DNA from: Escherichia coli
GTDB taxonomy: Bacteria; Pseudomonadota; Gammaproteobacteria; Enterobacterales; Enterobacteriaceae
DNA length: 64,000 bases
Reading direction: 5' to 3' (one strand)
Assembly (NCBI RefSeq): GCF_003334305.1
Contig: NZ_QOWS01000020.1
Below, one piece after another: positions 22,439-35,022 of the stretch (the stretch's first letter is position 1; the number at the start of each line of letters is the position of its first letter). A program made the position numbers and the translations under genes. The notes beneath the pieces are model-generated. The model was not told the DNA's origin and did no database searches. It saw nothing but the letters and a program-made list of their open reading frames with translations.

Positions 22439-22468
22439 AAAAGCCTGCTCAACGAGCAGGCTTTTTTG
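22439..22468 (+). terminator. rho-independent terminator of proK
   Basis: AAGCCTGCTCAACGAGCAGGCTT hairpin followed by TTTTT. Confidence 0.85.
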
Positions 22469-22519
22469 CATTTGTAGCTCATGAGGATGAGAACCTCCGG
22501 GGGCGGGGAGGTTCGACTC

Positions 22520-22615
22520 GACGTAGGCCTGATAAGACGCGTCAGCGTCGCATCAGGCAACGGCACCGCACTTATTGTCGGATGCGGCGTGAACGCCTTA
22601 TTCGACCTACACGCC
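22520..22615. repeat. REP / BIME-type palindromic units
   Basis: GCCTGATAAGACGCG...CGCATCAGGC and CGGATGCGGCGTGAACGCCTTAT units typical of E. coli REP elements. Confidence 0.7.
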
Positions 22616-23176
22616 ACACATTTCCCTGCCAAATTTGCGCCCCATATCTCACTATCCATTAACGGATTTGTGACAGAAACCATTGTCTTTTTTTATATTT
22701 GCTTAAATCTTTTTTTTCGTAACTTATGGCTGGCGCTGGCATTTTCCGCTGTGCGTTTTAGCGTTCATGGTATTAATCGCTCAGATATCCACCTTTTCCT
22801 CAGATTTTTTTCACTAAATGCATAAAACTTAATCACCAAATGTTGCTAAATATTAAGCTGATTGTTCTGGTCATGTTGGAGTAGCACAAATTTCTCTGCT
22901 GCAAATAGCTGTTTGAAGTTTTTTTAATCTTTGTTTGTGGATTCTCACCGTTGGTGTAAATCCCGGTTGGCTGTATTGACGTTTTCACATTCTGTTGACA
23001 GATTGTAGGTCACGAGGGGCATTTTATGGAGGATCCGCACTGTTACACTGATGTTAATTAGTACGGCATCCCCACCTCATAACGTTGACCCGACCGGGCA
23101 AAAAACAAAAAAGGTCAGGCAGCGACAACCCACTGCAAAGGGTTAAAACAACAAACATCACAATTGGAGCAGAATA

Positions 23177-24784
23177 ATGCGTATTTCCTTGAAAAAGTCA
23201 GGGATGCTGAAGCTTGGTCTCAGCCTGGTGGCTATGACCGTCGCAGCAAGTGTTCAGGCTAAAACTCTGGTTTATTGCTCAGAAGGATCTCCGGAAGGGT
23301 TTAACCCGCAGCTGTTTACCTCCGGTACCACCTATGACGCCTCTTCCGTACCGCTTTATAACCGCCTGGTTGAATTTAAAATCGGCACCACCGAAGTGAT
23401 TCCGGGCCTCGCTGAAAAGTGGGAAGTCAGCGAAGACGGTAAAACCTATACCTTCCATCTGCGTAAAGGTGTGAAGTGGCACGACAATAAAGAATTCAAA
23501 CCGACGCGTGAACTGAACGCCGATGACGTGGTGTTCTCGTTCGATCGTCAGAAAAACGCGCAAAACCCGTACCATAAAGTTTCTGGCGGCAGCTACGAAT
23601 ACTTCGAAGGCATGGGCTTGCCGGAGCTGATCAGCGAAGTGAAAAAGGTGGACGACAACACAGTTCAGTTTGTGCTGACTCGCCCGGAAGCGCCGTTCCT
23701 CGCTGACCTGGCAATGGACTTCGCCTCTATTCTGTCAAAAGAATATGCTGATGCGATGATGAAAGCCGGTACACCGGAAAAACTGGACCTCAACCCAATC
23801 GGCACCGGTCCGTTCCAGTTACAGCAGTATCAAAAAGATTCCCGTATCCGCTACAAAGCGTTTGATGGCTACTGGGGCACCAAACCGCAGATCGATACGC
23901 TGGTCTTCTCTATTACCCCTGACGCTTCCGTGCGTTACGCGAAATTGCAGAAGAATGAATGCCAGGTGATGCCGTACCCGAACCCGGCAGATATCGCTCG
24001 CATGAAGCAGGATAAATCCATCAATCTGATGGAAATGCCGGGGCTGAACGTCGGCTATCTTTCATATAACGTGCAGAAAAAACCACTCGATGACGTAAAA
24101 GTTCGCCAGGCTCTGACCTACGCGGTGAACAAAGACGCGATCATCAAAGCGGTTTATCAGGGCGCGGGTGTATCAGCGAAAAACCTGATCCCGCCAACCA
24201 TGTGGGGCTATAACGACGACGTTCAGGACTACACCTACGATCCTGAAAAAGCGAAAGCCTTGCTGAAAGAAGCGGGTCTGGAAAAAGGTTTCTCCATCGA
24301 CCTGTGGGCGATGCCGGTACAACGTCCGTATAACCCGAACGCTCGCCGCATGGCGGAGATGATTCAGGCAGACTGGGCGAAAGTCGGCGTGCAGGCCAAA
24401 ATTGTCACCTACGAATGGGGTGAGTACCTCAAGCGTGCGAAAGATGGCGAGCACCAGACGGTAATGATGGGCTGGACTGGCGATAACGGGGATCCGGATA
24501 ACTTCTTCGCCACCCTGTTCAGCTGCGCCGCCTCTGAACAAGGCTCCAACTACTCAAAATGGTGCTACAAACCGTTTGAAGATCTGATTCAACCGGCGCG
24601 TGCTACCGACGACCATAACAAACGCGTTGAACTGTACAAACAAGCACAGGTGGTGATGCACGATCAGGCTCCGGCACTGATCATCGCTCACTCCACCGTG
24701 TTTGAACCGGTACGTAAAGAAGTTAAAGGCTATGTGGTTGATCCATTAGGCAAACATCACTTCGAAAACGTCTCTATCGAATAA
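23177..24784 (+). CDS. dppA: dipeptide ABC transporter periplasmic binding protein (535 aa)
   Basis: MRISLKKSGMLKLGLSLVAMTVAASVQAKTLVYCSEGSPEGFNPQ... Confidence 0.96.
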   Translation: MRISLKKSGMLKLGLSLVAMTVAASVQAKTLVYCSEGSPEGFNPQLFTSGTTYDASSVPLYNRLVEFKIGTTEVIPGLAEKWEVSEDGKTYTFHLRKGVKWHDNKEFKPTRELNADDVVFSFDRQKNAQNPYHKVSGGSYEYFEGMGLPELISEVKKVDDNTVQFVLTRPEAPFLADLAMDFASILSKEYADAMMKAGTPEKLDLNPIGTGPFQLQQYQKDSRIRYKAFDGYWGTKPQIDTLVFSITPDASVRYAKLQKNECQVMPYPNPADIARMKQDKSINLMEMPGLNVGYLSYNVQKKPLDDVKVRQALTYAVNKDAIIKAVYQGAGVSAKNLIPPTMWGYNDDVQDYTYDPEKAKALLKEAGLEKGFSIDLWAMPVQRPYNPNARRMAEMIQADWAKVGVQAKIVTYEWGEYLKRAKDGEHQTVMMGWTGDNGDPDNFFATLFSCAASEQGSNYSKWCYKPFEDLIQPARATDDHNKRVELYKQAQVVMHDQAPALIIAHSTVFEPVRKEVKGYVVDPLGKHHFENVSIE

Positions 24785-24934
24785 TTAAAAGCCATACCCG
24801 GTGGCGCTGTGCCTCTGCGTGCAGCGCCATCCGGCAGCAATACTTCATTCTCTGTCCGACAAGGGCGGGAATTGATTTGTGAGCAATACAGACACGCAGT
24901 TCCAGGCTGCGGGTCATTATAGAGAATCCGGGTT

Positions 24935-25954
24935 ATGTTGCAGTTTATTCTCCGACGTTTGGGACTCGTCATCCCCACGTTTATCGGTATTACCCTTCTC
25001 ACATTTGCCTTTGTCCACATGATCCCGGGCGATCCGGTGATGATCATGGCGGGCGAACGTGGGATCTCCCCTGAGCGTCACGCGCAGCTGCTGGCTGAAC
25101 TCGGCTTAGATAAACCGATGTGGCAGCAGTATCTCCATTACATTTGGGGCGTAATGCACGGCGATCTAGGCATTTCAATGAAAAGCCGAATTCCAGTATG
25201 GGAAGAGTTCGTGCCGCGCTTTCAGGCCACGCTGGAACTTGGCGTCTGCGCGATGATTTTTGCTACGGCAGTCGGTATTCCGGTTGGTGTGCTGGCTGCG
25301 GTTAAACGCGGTTCCATTTTCGATCACACTGCAGTTGGCCTGGCGCTGACCGGCTACTCGATGCCGATCTTCTGGTGGGGCATGATGCTGATCATGCTGG
25401 TTTCGGTGCACTGGAACCTGACGCCCGTCTCCGGTCGCGTGAGCGATATGGTGTTCCTCGATGACTCCAATCCGTTAACCGGTTTTATGCTAATCGACAC
25501 CGCCATCTGGGGTGAAGACGGCAACTTTATCGATGCCGTTGCCCATATGATCTTACCGGCCATTGTGCTGGGTACTATTCCGCTGGCGGTCATTGTACGT
25601 ATGACACGCTCCTCGATGCTGGAAGTGCTGGGTGAAGATTACATCCGCACCGCGCGCGCCAAAGGGTTGACCCGCATGCGGGTGATTATCGTCCATGCGC
25701 TGCGTAACGCGATGCTGCCGGTAGTGACCGTTATCGGCCTGCAGGTGGGAACATTGCTGGCGGGGGCGATTCTGACCGAAACCATCTTCTCGTGGCCCGG
25801 TCTGGGGCGCTGGTTGATTGACGCGCTGCAACGCCGCGACTATCCGGTAGTGCAGGGCGGCGTATTGCTGGTGGCGACGATGATTATCCTCGTCAACCTG
25901 CTGGTCGATCTGCTGTACGGCGTGGTGAACCCGCGTATTCGTCATAAGAAGTAA
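24935..25954 (+). CDS. dppB: dipeptide ABC transporter permease (339 aa)
   Basis: MLQFILRRLGLVIPTFIGITLLTF...; ABC permease. Confidence 0.95.
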   Translation: MLQFILRRLGLVIPTFIGITLLTFAFVHMIPGDPVMIMAGERGISPERHAQLLAELGLDKPMWQQYLHYIWGVMHGDLGISMKSRIPVWEEFVPRFQATLELGVCAMIFATAVGIPVGVLAAVKRGSIFDHTAVGLALTGYSMPIFWWGMMLIMLVSVHWNLTPVSGRVSDMVFLDDSNPLTGFMLIDTAIWGEDGNFIDAVAHMILPAIVLGTIPLAVIVRMTRSSMLEVLGEDYIRTARAKGLTRMRVIIVHALRNAMLPVVTVIGLQVGTLLAGAILTETIFSWPGLGRWLIDALQRRDYPVVQGGVLLVATMIILVNLLVDLLYGVVNPRIRHKK

Positions 25955-25963
25955 GGGGACATC

Positions 25964-26866
25964 ATGTCACAGGTTACTGAAAATAAAGTGATTAGCGCAC
26001 CGGTGCCGATGACCCCGTTACAGGAGTTCTGGCACTATTTTAAACGCAACAAAGGCGCGGTCGTCGGGCTGGTTTACGTCGTCATCGTGCTGTTCATCGC
26101 GATCTTTGCCAACTGGATTGCACCCTATAACCCGGCGGAACAGTTCCGCGATGCACTGCTCGCCCCGCCAGCCTGGCAGGAAGGCGGCAGCATGGCGCAC
26201 TTGCTGGGCACCGATGACGTAGGCCGTGATGTGCTGTCGCGCCTGATGTACGGTGCGCGCCTGTCGCTGCTGGTTGGCTGTCTGGTAGTTGTGTTATCGC
26301 TGATTATGGGCGTTATTCTCGGCCTGATCGCCGGTTACTTTGGCGGCCTGGTCGATAACATCATTATGCGCGTGGTCGATATCATGCTGGCGCTGCCAAG
26401 TCTGCTGCTGGCGCTGGTGCTGGTGGCAATTTTCGGCCCGTCGATTGGTAACGCCGCGCTGGCACTGACCTTCGTTGCCTTGCCGCACTATGTGCGCTTA
26501 ACCCGCGCCGCCGTGCTGGTGGAAGTTAACCGCGATTACGTCACCGCGTCTCGCGTGGCGGGTGCCGGGGCGATGCGTCAGATGTTTATTAACATCTTCC
26601 CGAACTGCCTTGCGCCGCTGATTGTTCAGGCGTCGCTCGGTTTCTCTAACGCCATTCTCGATATGGCTGCTCTTGGTTTCCTCGGCATGGGGGCACAGCC
26701 GCCAACGCCGGAGTGGGGCACCATGCTCTCCGACGTGTTGCAGTTCGCGCAAAGCGCCTGGTGGGTCGTGACCTTCCCGGGTCTGGCGATCCTGCTGACG
26801 GTGCTGGCATTTAACCTGATGGGTGACGGTCTGCGTGACGCGCTCGATCCCAAACTGAAGCAGTAA
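25964..26866 (+). CDS. dppC: dipeptide ABC transporter permease (300 aa)
   Basis: ABC permease directly downstream of dppB. Confidence 0.95.
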   Translation: MSQVTENKVISAPVPMTPLQEFWHYFKRNKGAVVGLVYVVIVLFIAIFANWIAPYNPAEQFRDALLAPPAWQEGGSMAHLLGTDDVGRDVLSRLMYGARLSLLVGCLVVVLSLIMGVILGLIAGYFGGLVDNIIMRVVDIMLALPSLLLALVLVAIFGPSIGNAALALTFVALPHYVRLTRAAVLVEVNRDYVTASRVAGAGAMRQMFINIFPNCLAPLIVQASLGFSNAILDMAALGFLGMGAQPPTPEWGTMLSDVLQFAQSAWWVVTFPGLAILLTVLAFNLMGDGLRDALDPKLKQ

Positions 26867-26876
26867 GAGGTTCGAG

Positions 26877-27856
<980 letters not shown>

Positions 27857-27860
<4 letters not shown>

Positions 27861-28861
27861 GTACGCAAGAGGCCACCTCGCAACAACCGCTGTTGCAGGC
27901 GATTGACCTGAAAAAACATTACCCGGTGAAGAAAGGGATGTTTGCGCCGGAACGTCTGGTGAAGGCGCTGGACGGCGTTTCGTTTAACCTTGAACGTGGC
28001 AAAACGCTGGCGGTAGTGGGCGAATCTGGCTGCGGTAAATCGACCCTCGGTCGGTTGCTGACGATGATCGAAACGCCCACCGGCGGTGAGCTGTATTACC
28101 AGGGGCAGGATCTGCTTAAGCACGATCCGCAGGCGCAGAAGCTGCGTCGGCAGAAAATCCAGATCGTCTTCCAGAATCCCTACGGTTCGCTGAATCCGCG
28201 TAAAAAAGTTGGGCAAATTCTCGAAGAGCCGCTGCTTATTAACACCAGCTTAAGCAAAGAACAGCGTCGGGAAAAAGCCCTGTCGATGATGGCGAAAGTC
28301 GGCCTGAAAACCGAGCATTACGACCGCTATCCGCACATGTTTTCCGGCGGACAACGTCAGCGTATCGCTATTGCCCGTGGTCTGATGCTCGACCCGGACG
28401 TGGTGATTGCCGATGAACCGGTTTCTGCGCTGGACGTCTCGGTGCGCGCGCAGGTGCTCAACCTGATGATGGATTTGCAGCAGGAACTGGGGCTTTCTTA
28501 TGTCTTTATCTCGCACGACCTGTCGGTTGTGGAGCACATTGCCGATGAAGTGATGGTGATGTACTTGGGCCGCTGCGTGGAGAAGGGGACGAAGGACCAA
28601 ATCTTCAATAACCCGCGTCATCCTTACACTCAGGCGCTGCTCTCCGCGACGCCGCGCCTGAACCCGGACGATCGCCGCGAGCGCATCAAGCTCACCGGTG
28701 AACTGCCAAGCCCGCTGAATCCTCCGCCGGGTTGCGCCTTCAACGCCCGCTGTCGTCGACGCTTCGGCCCCTGCACCCAGTTGCAGCCAGCACTGAAAGA
28801 TTACGGCGGTCAACTGGTGGCCTGCTTTGCCGTTGATCAGGATGAAAATCCGCAGCGGTAA
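27857..28861 (+). CDS. dppF: dipeptide ABC transporter ATP-binding protein (334 aa)
   Basis: Walker [10 protein letters not shown], signature FSGGQRQR; 4-bp overlap with dppD. Confidence 0.95.
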
Positions 28862-28865
28862 TGTT

Positions 28866-28895
28866 CAAAACCGGAGCCTTGTGCTCCGGTTTACT
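28866..28895. terminator. bidirectional terminator between convergent dppF and yhjV
   Basis: AAACCGGAGC-CTTGT-GCTCCGGTTT hairpin flanked by A/T runs; overlaps the yhjV stop codon. Confidence 0.7.
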
Positions 28896-30162
28896 CAATC
28901 AGCTTCAACAGTGGCGACAAGCATAGCAAAATGCCGTACAGCAGAATCAGCCAGGCTTTAAATCCGCGAAGTTTTTCCAGTTGTGCGACTTTATAGATCA
29001 GGAAAAACGGAATGAGGCACGACACAATGCCATATAACGGGCTTCCCAACTGAAAGAACACCAGCACCGATACACGAAACGAAACCCAAATCGTCAACGT
29101 AATGACGATAAAAGCGCAGATCGCCAGAGTCAGCACGCGTGAGTTAATTTTCTTGGTATCAATAATACGGCTTAACAGATTGAGAATAATGCCTTTAATG
29201 GCCTCGTGGAAACCGAGATAAATGCCAAAGAATGCGGTCAGTACGGCAAAGATATTCAGTACCGTAGAGGTGATATGAATGATATGCCCAGGGATCACCT
29301 GCGCGGCCAGTGCCAGTGCCGAGATATTTTGTTCAAAGGCAGAAACGGCTTCTTCGTGGCTAATTGAGAAGGTAAACGAAAAGGCAAAAAACAGTATCAC
29401 CGCGATGAGCGTGACATAACTAATTCGGTGGGTACGCAGCGCGAGCCGGGTTGCCAGTACTTTATCCGCTTCCCGTTTACGATAGGCAATATTCATTGGG
29501 TTAAGTACCTGAATAAATACCGCAGAAAAGAAGCAAAAGGGAATGGTAAGCAGGACATCGTGGAAAAAGACGGAGGCTTGCGGGAAGGCGGTTATATTGG
29601 CGAAATTCCAGTGCGGGATCATCGCAAAACCGAACACGACAATAATCCCTACTTTGACCACCACCATTGGCCCAGAAATCTTAAACAGTAATCGTTCACC
29701 ACCAGACGCAATCGCCACCAGTACGGCGAAAATAGCGACTTTATAAAGTAGAGATTGTGAAAGATCGGCATCGGTTAAACCGAAGGTTTTCAGGTACGAG
29801 GCGCTGTCGAAAACCACGGAGAGAGAGTAGATAAAAATCCCGTGGATAATCATCAAAAAGTAGATAACCCCGAGGAAAATTCCCCAGTTCTTCCCCAGGT
29901 AATGACTGATAATATCGGTGTAGTCATTACAGGAATCGCTTTCAGAAAGGGTTTTTAAATAAATGTCCTGCACTACCCAAGTGGCAGGATAAGCAATGAT
30001 CGCTGCGGTAATAAATACCCAAATTCCCTTCAAGCCAATTTGTACTGGCATCAGCACGGTTCCGGCACCAATCGCCATGCCTATGCATAATAAAACCCAG
30101 CCGAAGTCGTAGCGTGTAAACGGCAATTTCTGATCGTGTTTCGGTAGTGTGTTGTGCTGCAT
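28891..30162 (-). CDS. yhjV: amino-acid transporter-like inner membrane protein YhjV (423 aa)
   Basis: Track ORF trimmed to [34 protein letters not shown]...; polytopic membrane transporter. Confidence 0.88.
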   Translation of the reverse strand: MQHNTLPKHDQKLPFTRYDFGWVLLCIGMAIGAGTVLMPVQIGLKGIWVFITAAIIAYPATWVVQDIYLKTLSESDSCNDYTDIISHYLGKNWGIFLGVIYFLMIIHGIFIYSLSVVFDSASYLKTFGLTDADLSQSLLYKVAIFAVLVAIASGGERLLFKISGPMVVVKVGIIVVFGFAMIPHWNFANITAFPQASVFFHDVLLTIPFCFFSAVFIQVLNPMNIAYRKREADKVLATRLALRTHRISYVTLIAVILFFAFSFTFSISHEEAVSAFEQNISALALAAQVIPGHIIHITSTVLNIFAVLTAFFGIYLGFHEAIKGIILNLLSRIIDTKKINSRVLTLAICAFIVITLTIWVSFRVSVLVFFQLGSPLYGIVSCLIPFFLIYKVAQLEKLRGFKAWLILLYGILLCLSPLLKLIE

Positions 30163-30520
30163 AAAGTCCTGTCCAGAAAGAAGTCGGCCTCGCAAAAATG
30201 AATAAACCCAGATTCTCTTGCGCAACAGGTGGAGAAGTCGAATACGCAGTATGTAAAAAATGAGGCAACAGATTCACTGGGGAGGTCGCGAGGAGGCGCA
30301 ATTCTACAAAATTGCGCATTTCACTACCAGTCTGGAGTCAGCCCGGATATGAACTGCAACTATTGCAAATTAAGAAATTAAGCTGGAAGGCATCACGCAA
30401 TGAGGAAGATTGCCGGGTGCTGACAGTAAAAAGCAATCGTAAAATCAGCGGCAAGCCGGAAGGGTTCCGGTGAGGCGCAATGTTGCGGGGGCTTTATCCC
30501 TGGTGGCATTGGTTGCTGGA

Positions 30521-30584
30521 GAGAGAAAACCCCCGCACGTTGCAGGTATGCACCTGACAACATAACGGGGGCTAATCTTGAACC
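30521..30584 (-). ncRNA. rdlD: Rdl antisense RNA (antitoxin), copy 1
   Basis: Minus-strand sequence GGUUCAAGAUUAGCCCCCGUUAUGUUGUCAGGUGCAUACCUGCAACGUGCGGGGGUUUUCUCUC ends in a GC hairpin plus U-run and matches the Rdl family as I recall it; ends approximate. Confidence 0.6.
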
Positions 30585-30637
30585 TAAACAACTCAAGAAT
30601 AGCCGCGAAACGTTGTCATTACAACACAGGCGGCTAT

Positions 30638-30745
30638 ATGACGCTCGCAGAGCTGGGCATGGCCTTCTGGCATGATTTAGCGGCTCCGGTCATTGCTGGC
30701 ATTCTTGCCAGTATGATCGTGAACTGGCTGAACAAGCGGAAGTAA
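30638..30745 (+). CDS. ldrD: Ldr small toxic peptide (35 aa), copy 1
   Basis: ATG at 30638; MTLAELGMAFWHDLAAPVIAGILASMIVNWLNKRK, Ldr family; not in the supplied ORF track (below its length cutoff). Confidence 0.85.
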   Translation: MTLAELGMAFWHDLAAPVIAGILASMIVNWLNKRK

Positions 30746-30794
30746 CGTGTCATGCGGGCGTCAGGCTGCCGTAATGGCAATTTGCGCCCGGACC

Positions 30795-30827
30795 AGGCCG
30801 CAGGGGTGAAACTCTGCGGCCTTTTTC
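30795..30827 (+). terminator. rho-independent terminator of ldr copy 1
   Basis: AGGCCGCAGGGGTGAAACTCTGCGGCCT hairpin followed by TTTTT. Confidence 0.8.
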
Positions 30828-31003
30828 GTAAGAAAAATGCAACGGTTGCAAGCGGATAATATTCTGCGGAATGCGCAGCACAGAGTGAGTAAGTGATGGA
30901 TTTCGGAACAGAAAAACAGTCGTAGAATCAGCGGCAAGCCGGAAAGGTTCCGGTAAGGCGCAATGTTGCGGGGGCTTTATCCCTGGTGGCATTGGTTGCT
31001 GGA

Positions 31004-31067
31004 GAGAGAAAACCCCCGCACGTTGCAGGTATGCACCTGACAACATAACGGGGGCTAATCTTGAACC
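31004..31067 (-). ncRNA. Rdl antisense RNA, copy 2
   Basis: Identical to copy 1 over this segment. Confidence 0.6.
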
Positions 31068-31120
31068 TAAACAACTCAAGAATAGCCGCGAAACGTTGTC
31101 ATTACAACACAGGCGGCTAT

Positions 31121-31228
31121 ATGACGCTCGCAGAGCTGGGCATGGCCTTCTGGCATGATTTAGCGGCTCCGGTCATTGCTGGCATTCTTGCCAGTATGAT
31201 CGTGAACTGGCTGAACAAGCGGAAGTAA
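31121..31228 (+). CDS. Ldr small toxic peptide (35 aa), copy 2
   Basis: ATG at 31121; identical predicted peptide to copy 1. Confidence 0.85.
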   Translation: MTLAELGMAFWHDLAAPVIAGILASMIVNWLNKRK

Positions 31229-31277
31229 CGTGTCATGCGGGCGTCAGGCTGCCGTAATGGCAATTTGCGCCCGGATC

Positions 31278-31310
31278 AGGCCGCAGAGGTTAAACTCTGC
31301 GGCCTTTTTC
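31278..31310 (+). terminator. rho-independent terminator of ldr copy 2
   Basis: AGGCCGCAGAGGTTAAACTCTGCGGCCT hairpin followed by TTTTT, abutting the bcsG stop. Confidence 0.8.
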
Positions 31311-31314
31311 GTGC

Positions 31315-32994
31315 TTACTGCGGGTAAGGCACCCAGTCGCCGCCGTTCAGGCGAACGTACGGTTTATCCTGGTATTGAATAACTACTGCATTTGAGTTCT
31401 CGGAGACCGGTGCTGTTTGTGGCAACCCACTGGTGAGTTTTTTCCAGTCAACATTGTCTTCGGTGAAAATCTTGCCATCAAGAACGCGAACCACCAGATC
31501 GGAGATAGCCAGGAAGCTGCTCGGTTGGTCAATGACAATCGGTGCCCCCTGATGTGGTGCCTTCATGCCGAAGAATTTCACCCCAACGGGGACGTCTGTG
31601 ATAGACGGGCTAGGGATATCACGTAGGCCAGATACCTGCATTCTGTCGCCCTTCAGCGCGCCGCCGTGTTCCGGCACCACGACCACCATCACTTTACGAC
31701 CCGATTTCTCCAGTTCAGTAAAGAAGGCGTCCAGTTCATCAAAGAATTTCTGCGCCCGCGCTTTGTAATCCGCTGTTTTGCTGACCCCCGGATAATGGTT
31801 GCCGTCATGCAGTGGAAGCGTGTTGTAGAACGTGGCACTACGGCTATTTTTATCTTTTTCGGTAACGTCCAGCCAGCGGTTAAGCACGGCGGTATCGTCA
31901 TAAACCGGCGAACCATCAAAGCCCAGCAAAATAACCGGCAGATTTGTTTGATCCATCAATTCAGTCTGCATGCCGCCATTTTCGCGAACTTCTTTCAAAA
32001 AACCGCCGAACTGGCCGTTATGCCCCATCATCAGGTGCTGGGTAAAGCCCAGTTTCGAAAGGTTATCAAACAGATAGCAGTCGTTATTTGCCGGTTGATA
32101 CAGATTAGTGTGCGAAGTCTGCCCGCAGCTGGCGCGCAGTAAACGGATCGCCGCCGGGCCACTGTAGGAGGTGGCGGAGTTAAAGTTCTTGAACTCAATA
32201 TCGAAATGCGACCACAGTGGATGCGACATCAACCCGGCGGCTTCTATATCCGACCAGGAAAGCGAACAGATGTTAATCACCAGTAGTTCAAATGGCTGAG
32301 CATCAGCGGGCAGCGAAGACGGGAAGGTCGATTTACGTTTCGCCTCCGCGTTATAGAAATTATTCAGCCAGGCGTTAAGGTTCGCCGTTGTTGGCGGTGC
32401 AGTTTGTGCGGGCATATCACCCACTACCGGTGCGCCACCCGTCGCCGCAACGGTTGCCGCTGCGTTACCACCCGTCGTTGTTACAGTGGTCGTCGGTTGT
32501 CCGGCTGGCCACAAGGAGAAACTTGGTCCCGCCAGGGTAAGTACGCTCAGCCATAGCAGTATGGCAACCACAAAAACGGTAATGCGAATCCATTGTGACA
32601 GGAATAACCAGGCCACTAATAAAACAAAAATGGCCCCAATCATCTGCCAGTTAATAAAGCGTGTGACAAGGTCGATTAAATAATCGGTACTGAACCCCGC
32701 CACCTGCGAACCCTGGCTCATTATGCTTTCCGGGCCAGGCAACCAGGTGTCATGCCAGAACAAAGCAAAGCCGATCGGCAGGGCAATCCAGTGGCGCAAG
32801 CGATGCAGGCTGTAGCGCGGAATGGGCATCAGCAGAAACGCGGCAAACACCAAATTGAGGAGCGGATGGAAGTTAAGATATCCCGCCCACAACAGGCCGA
32901 ACTTAACCAGAAAATAGAAGTTCCAGCCGGAAAGGCCGCGCCAGTATTGCCAGAGGGAAGAAGGCATGGCGGTATTTTGTGTAAATTGAGTCAT
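31315..32994 (-). CDS. bcsG: cellulose biosynthesis protein BcsG (559 aa)
   Basis: [42 protein letters not shown]...; N-terminal TM segments, Thr/Gly-rich linker, alkaline-phosphatase-like C-terminal domain. Confidence 0.93.
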
Positions 32995-33182
32995 TTTTTG
33001 GTTGCCCTAGCTTTTTCCGTGCGGCGTAACGTCCCGGCCGGTTTAACATAACGAGGTTTAGCAAAGAACAAACGTAAGGTGTCGCGAATGCGTCGCAAAG
33101 AGTGCCGCGCCAGATAGCCCAGCGGGAAAAATATCAGTGCGCAAACGACAATAATTTCAATGATATCGCTGATGGTCATCAT
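32991..33182 (-). CDS. bcsF: cellulose biosynthesis protein BcsF (63 aa)
   Basis: [63 protein letters not shown]; single TM; 4-bp overlaps with bcsE and bcsG. Confidence 0.9.
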
Positions 33183-34750
33183 GATGAGCGCTCCACAGCA
33201 TCATCTAACAGTCGCATGGGTTCTGGTATTCGTCGCCAGTGGCGACCATCGTGCTCGGCATTGATGACCGGTTTAGAACTTTGCGTTAAAGGCAGCGGCA
33301 TGCCCCATTGTTCTGGGGCAAGCAAGCGCATCTGCACCAGCTCGGCACTGATTTGATCATCTTCAAACCAGACCATACGGTTTGAGAAAATGTCGCCAGT
33401 AGGCAATGGGAAAATATGATTCAACGCGGTATCCAGATCGTTAATCCGACAGAATGAGAGAAACAGCACCAGCCGATTACCGCCAATGGTCATGATATCG
33501 CCGGTACGGTTAGGGCGACACAGCGTCAGGGCTTGTTCAACGCGGATACCCGGTACCGGACGTAGGGCAACCAGAACGCCTTTACCGTGGGCAGGCAAGA
33601 GAGGGTTATTCATCATGTTGTTGACGGCATTACAGAACACATCCCACTTCTGGAAACCACGCAGTTTGAGCGGCTGGGTCATTGACAGCAAGGTAGTGAT
33701 ATCTTCCGGCACATAGCGACTAAACTTCTGCCCTTGCACGCTTTCGATCATCGTCAGACAACGGGAGAGTGGCGCATTCCACGGAATAACCATATTTGCA
33801 CCGCAGGCCAATAACAAACGTTCATCGGTGGCGCGCAGGCTAGCGGTATTTTCCCGCACGAGGATTTTCATCGCACTACCGCGCTGGCGACGCAGGGTAT
33901 GAATGCTGCGGGCCAGTGGCTCGATTTGCGCATTTTGCTGTAAAGAAAAGACCACCGTCGCCGCCTGAGCGGTACGGGCTTCATTGAACAGGACTTCGTT
34001 ATTGTTGAACAGTTGCCAGTGTTCCGATAGCGGCGGCGCACCTTCCAGTACAGCAACATTACTCAGAATGCGTTTTTCGTCGCTGCGTGGTTGGATCTCC
34101 GCCTCTTCGCTTTGAACTAATGTCCAGATACCATTTTGTTGCTGAACGCTAAGCTGCTGACGGGCGCTGACCCCTTTTTCGTTGCACCAGAAGGCAATAT
34201 CCAGCAAATGTTGGTCACCCTGAAAACGCAAACTGGCAAGACCAAAAAGTGAACGGTATTCCTCAAGCAACAATGAAAATTGTTTATCGTTATTATTTCC
34301 GGGATTAATTACCAAAAGCGAACAATGGTTTAACCTGCTCCATTTATTCATTTTATCCAACCATGAGCGAAGCCGCTCGGCAGGAATGTTTTGCCATGCG
34401 TTATTTGCCCAAACAAGAATAAAAAGGTAATTATGGGGATCAATAGAACACTGCAAATCACGGGTCAAATAGTATAGACCTTTTTCATGATTTAGCATTG
34501 AAAATAATTTTATTTTTTCCGGCCCTTGAGAATCATCTAATTGAAAGATTTTCGCCGGATCGCTGTCCATGCTAATGACCGCGACGTGTGCGGTTTCAGC
34601 CTGGGATGCAATTGTTTGATTCGCCAGACTGATAGCATCTTCATGGCGATCGACGTTAAACCACCAGACGCCGCCTGCTGGCATATGTCGCAGCTCATCC
34701 CATAATGATGAGATACCGATAGAGAATACAGGGTCCACAATGTCCCTCAT
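33179..34750 (-). CDS. bcsE: cellulose biosynthesis protein BcsE (523 aa, c-di-GMP-binding GIL-domain protein)
   Basis: [32 protein letters not shown]...; first gene of bcsEFG, divergent from bcsR. Confidence 0.93.
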
Positions 34751-35022
34751 GTCACCATTTTGTCTGATTATCAGTTTACTAGCGAAAGCTAAGAAATAAA
34801 CCTACCATTGAAATTAAAACTTATCAGATTTAGCATGTGAATCAATTTAGAAGGTCACAAGACGTGTGATTTTAGTCTTTTCGTTTTTAACTTTTTCTGT
34901 TGCGTAACGGAAAGTCAAAAAGTGAGCAAATTCCCGTCTCGCCGTAAACAATAAACCGGCGAAATGCTCACGGTTAGAATTGTCTCATGAACGGTACGGT
35001 TATTTCATAGGGATCAAGCAAA

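Larger units (their letters stand above)
30420..30830. repeat. LDR (long direct repeat) unit 1, type I toxin-antitoxin module
   Basis: ~410-bp unit repeated at an offset of exactly 483 bp (ldr ORF starts 30638 and 31121); copies near-identical over the Rdl and Ldr segments. Confidence 0.85.
30903..31312. repeat. LDR unit 2 (tandem duplicate)
   Basis: Second copy of the unit, 483-bp offset, a few substitutions only. Confidence 0.85.

Noticed and set aside
30393-31079. Two minus-strand ORFs (30393-30596 and 30750-31079) with identical N-termini (MSCLGSRLAPVMLSGAYLQRAG...)
   Set aside because: The identity is an artefact of the duplicated LDR unit; both lie antisense to the ldr mRNA and Rdl region. 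The real coding content is the 35-aa Ldr peptide on the plus strand.
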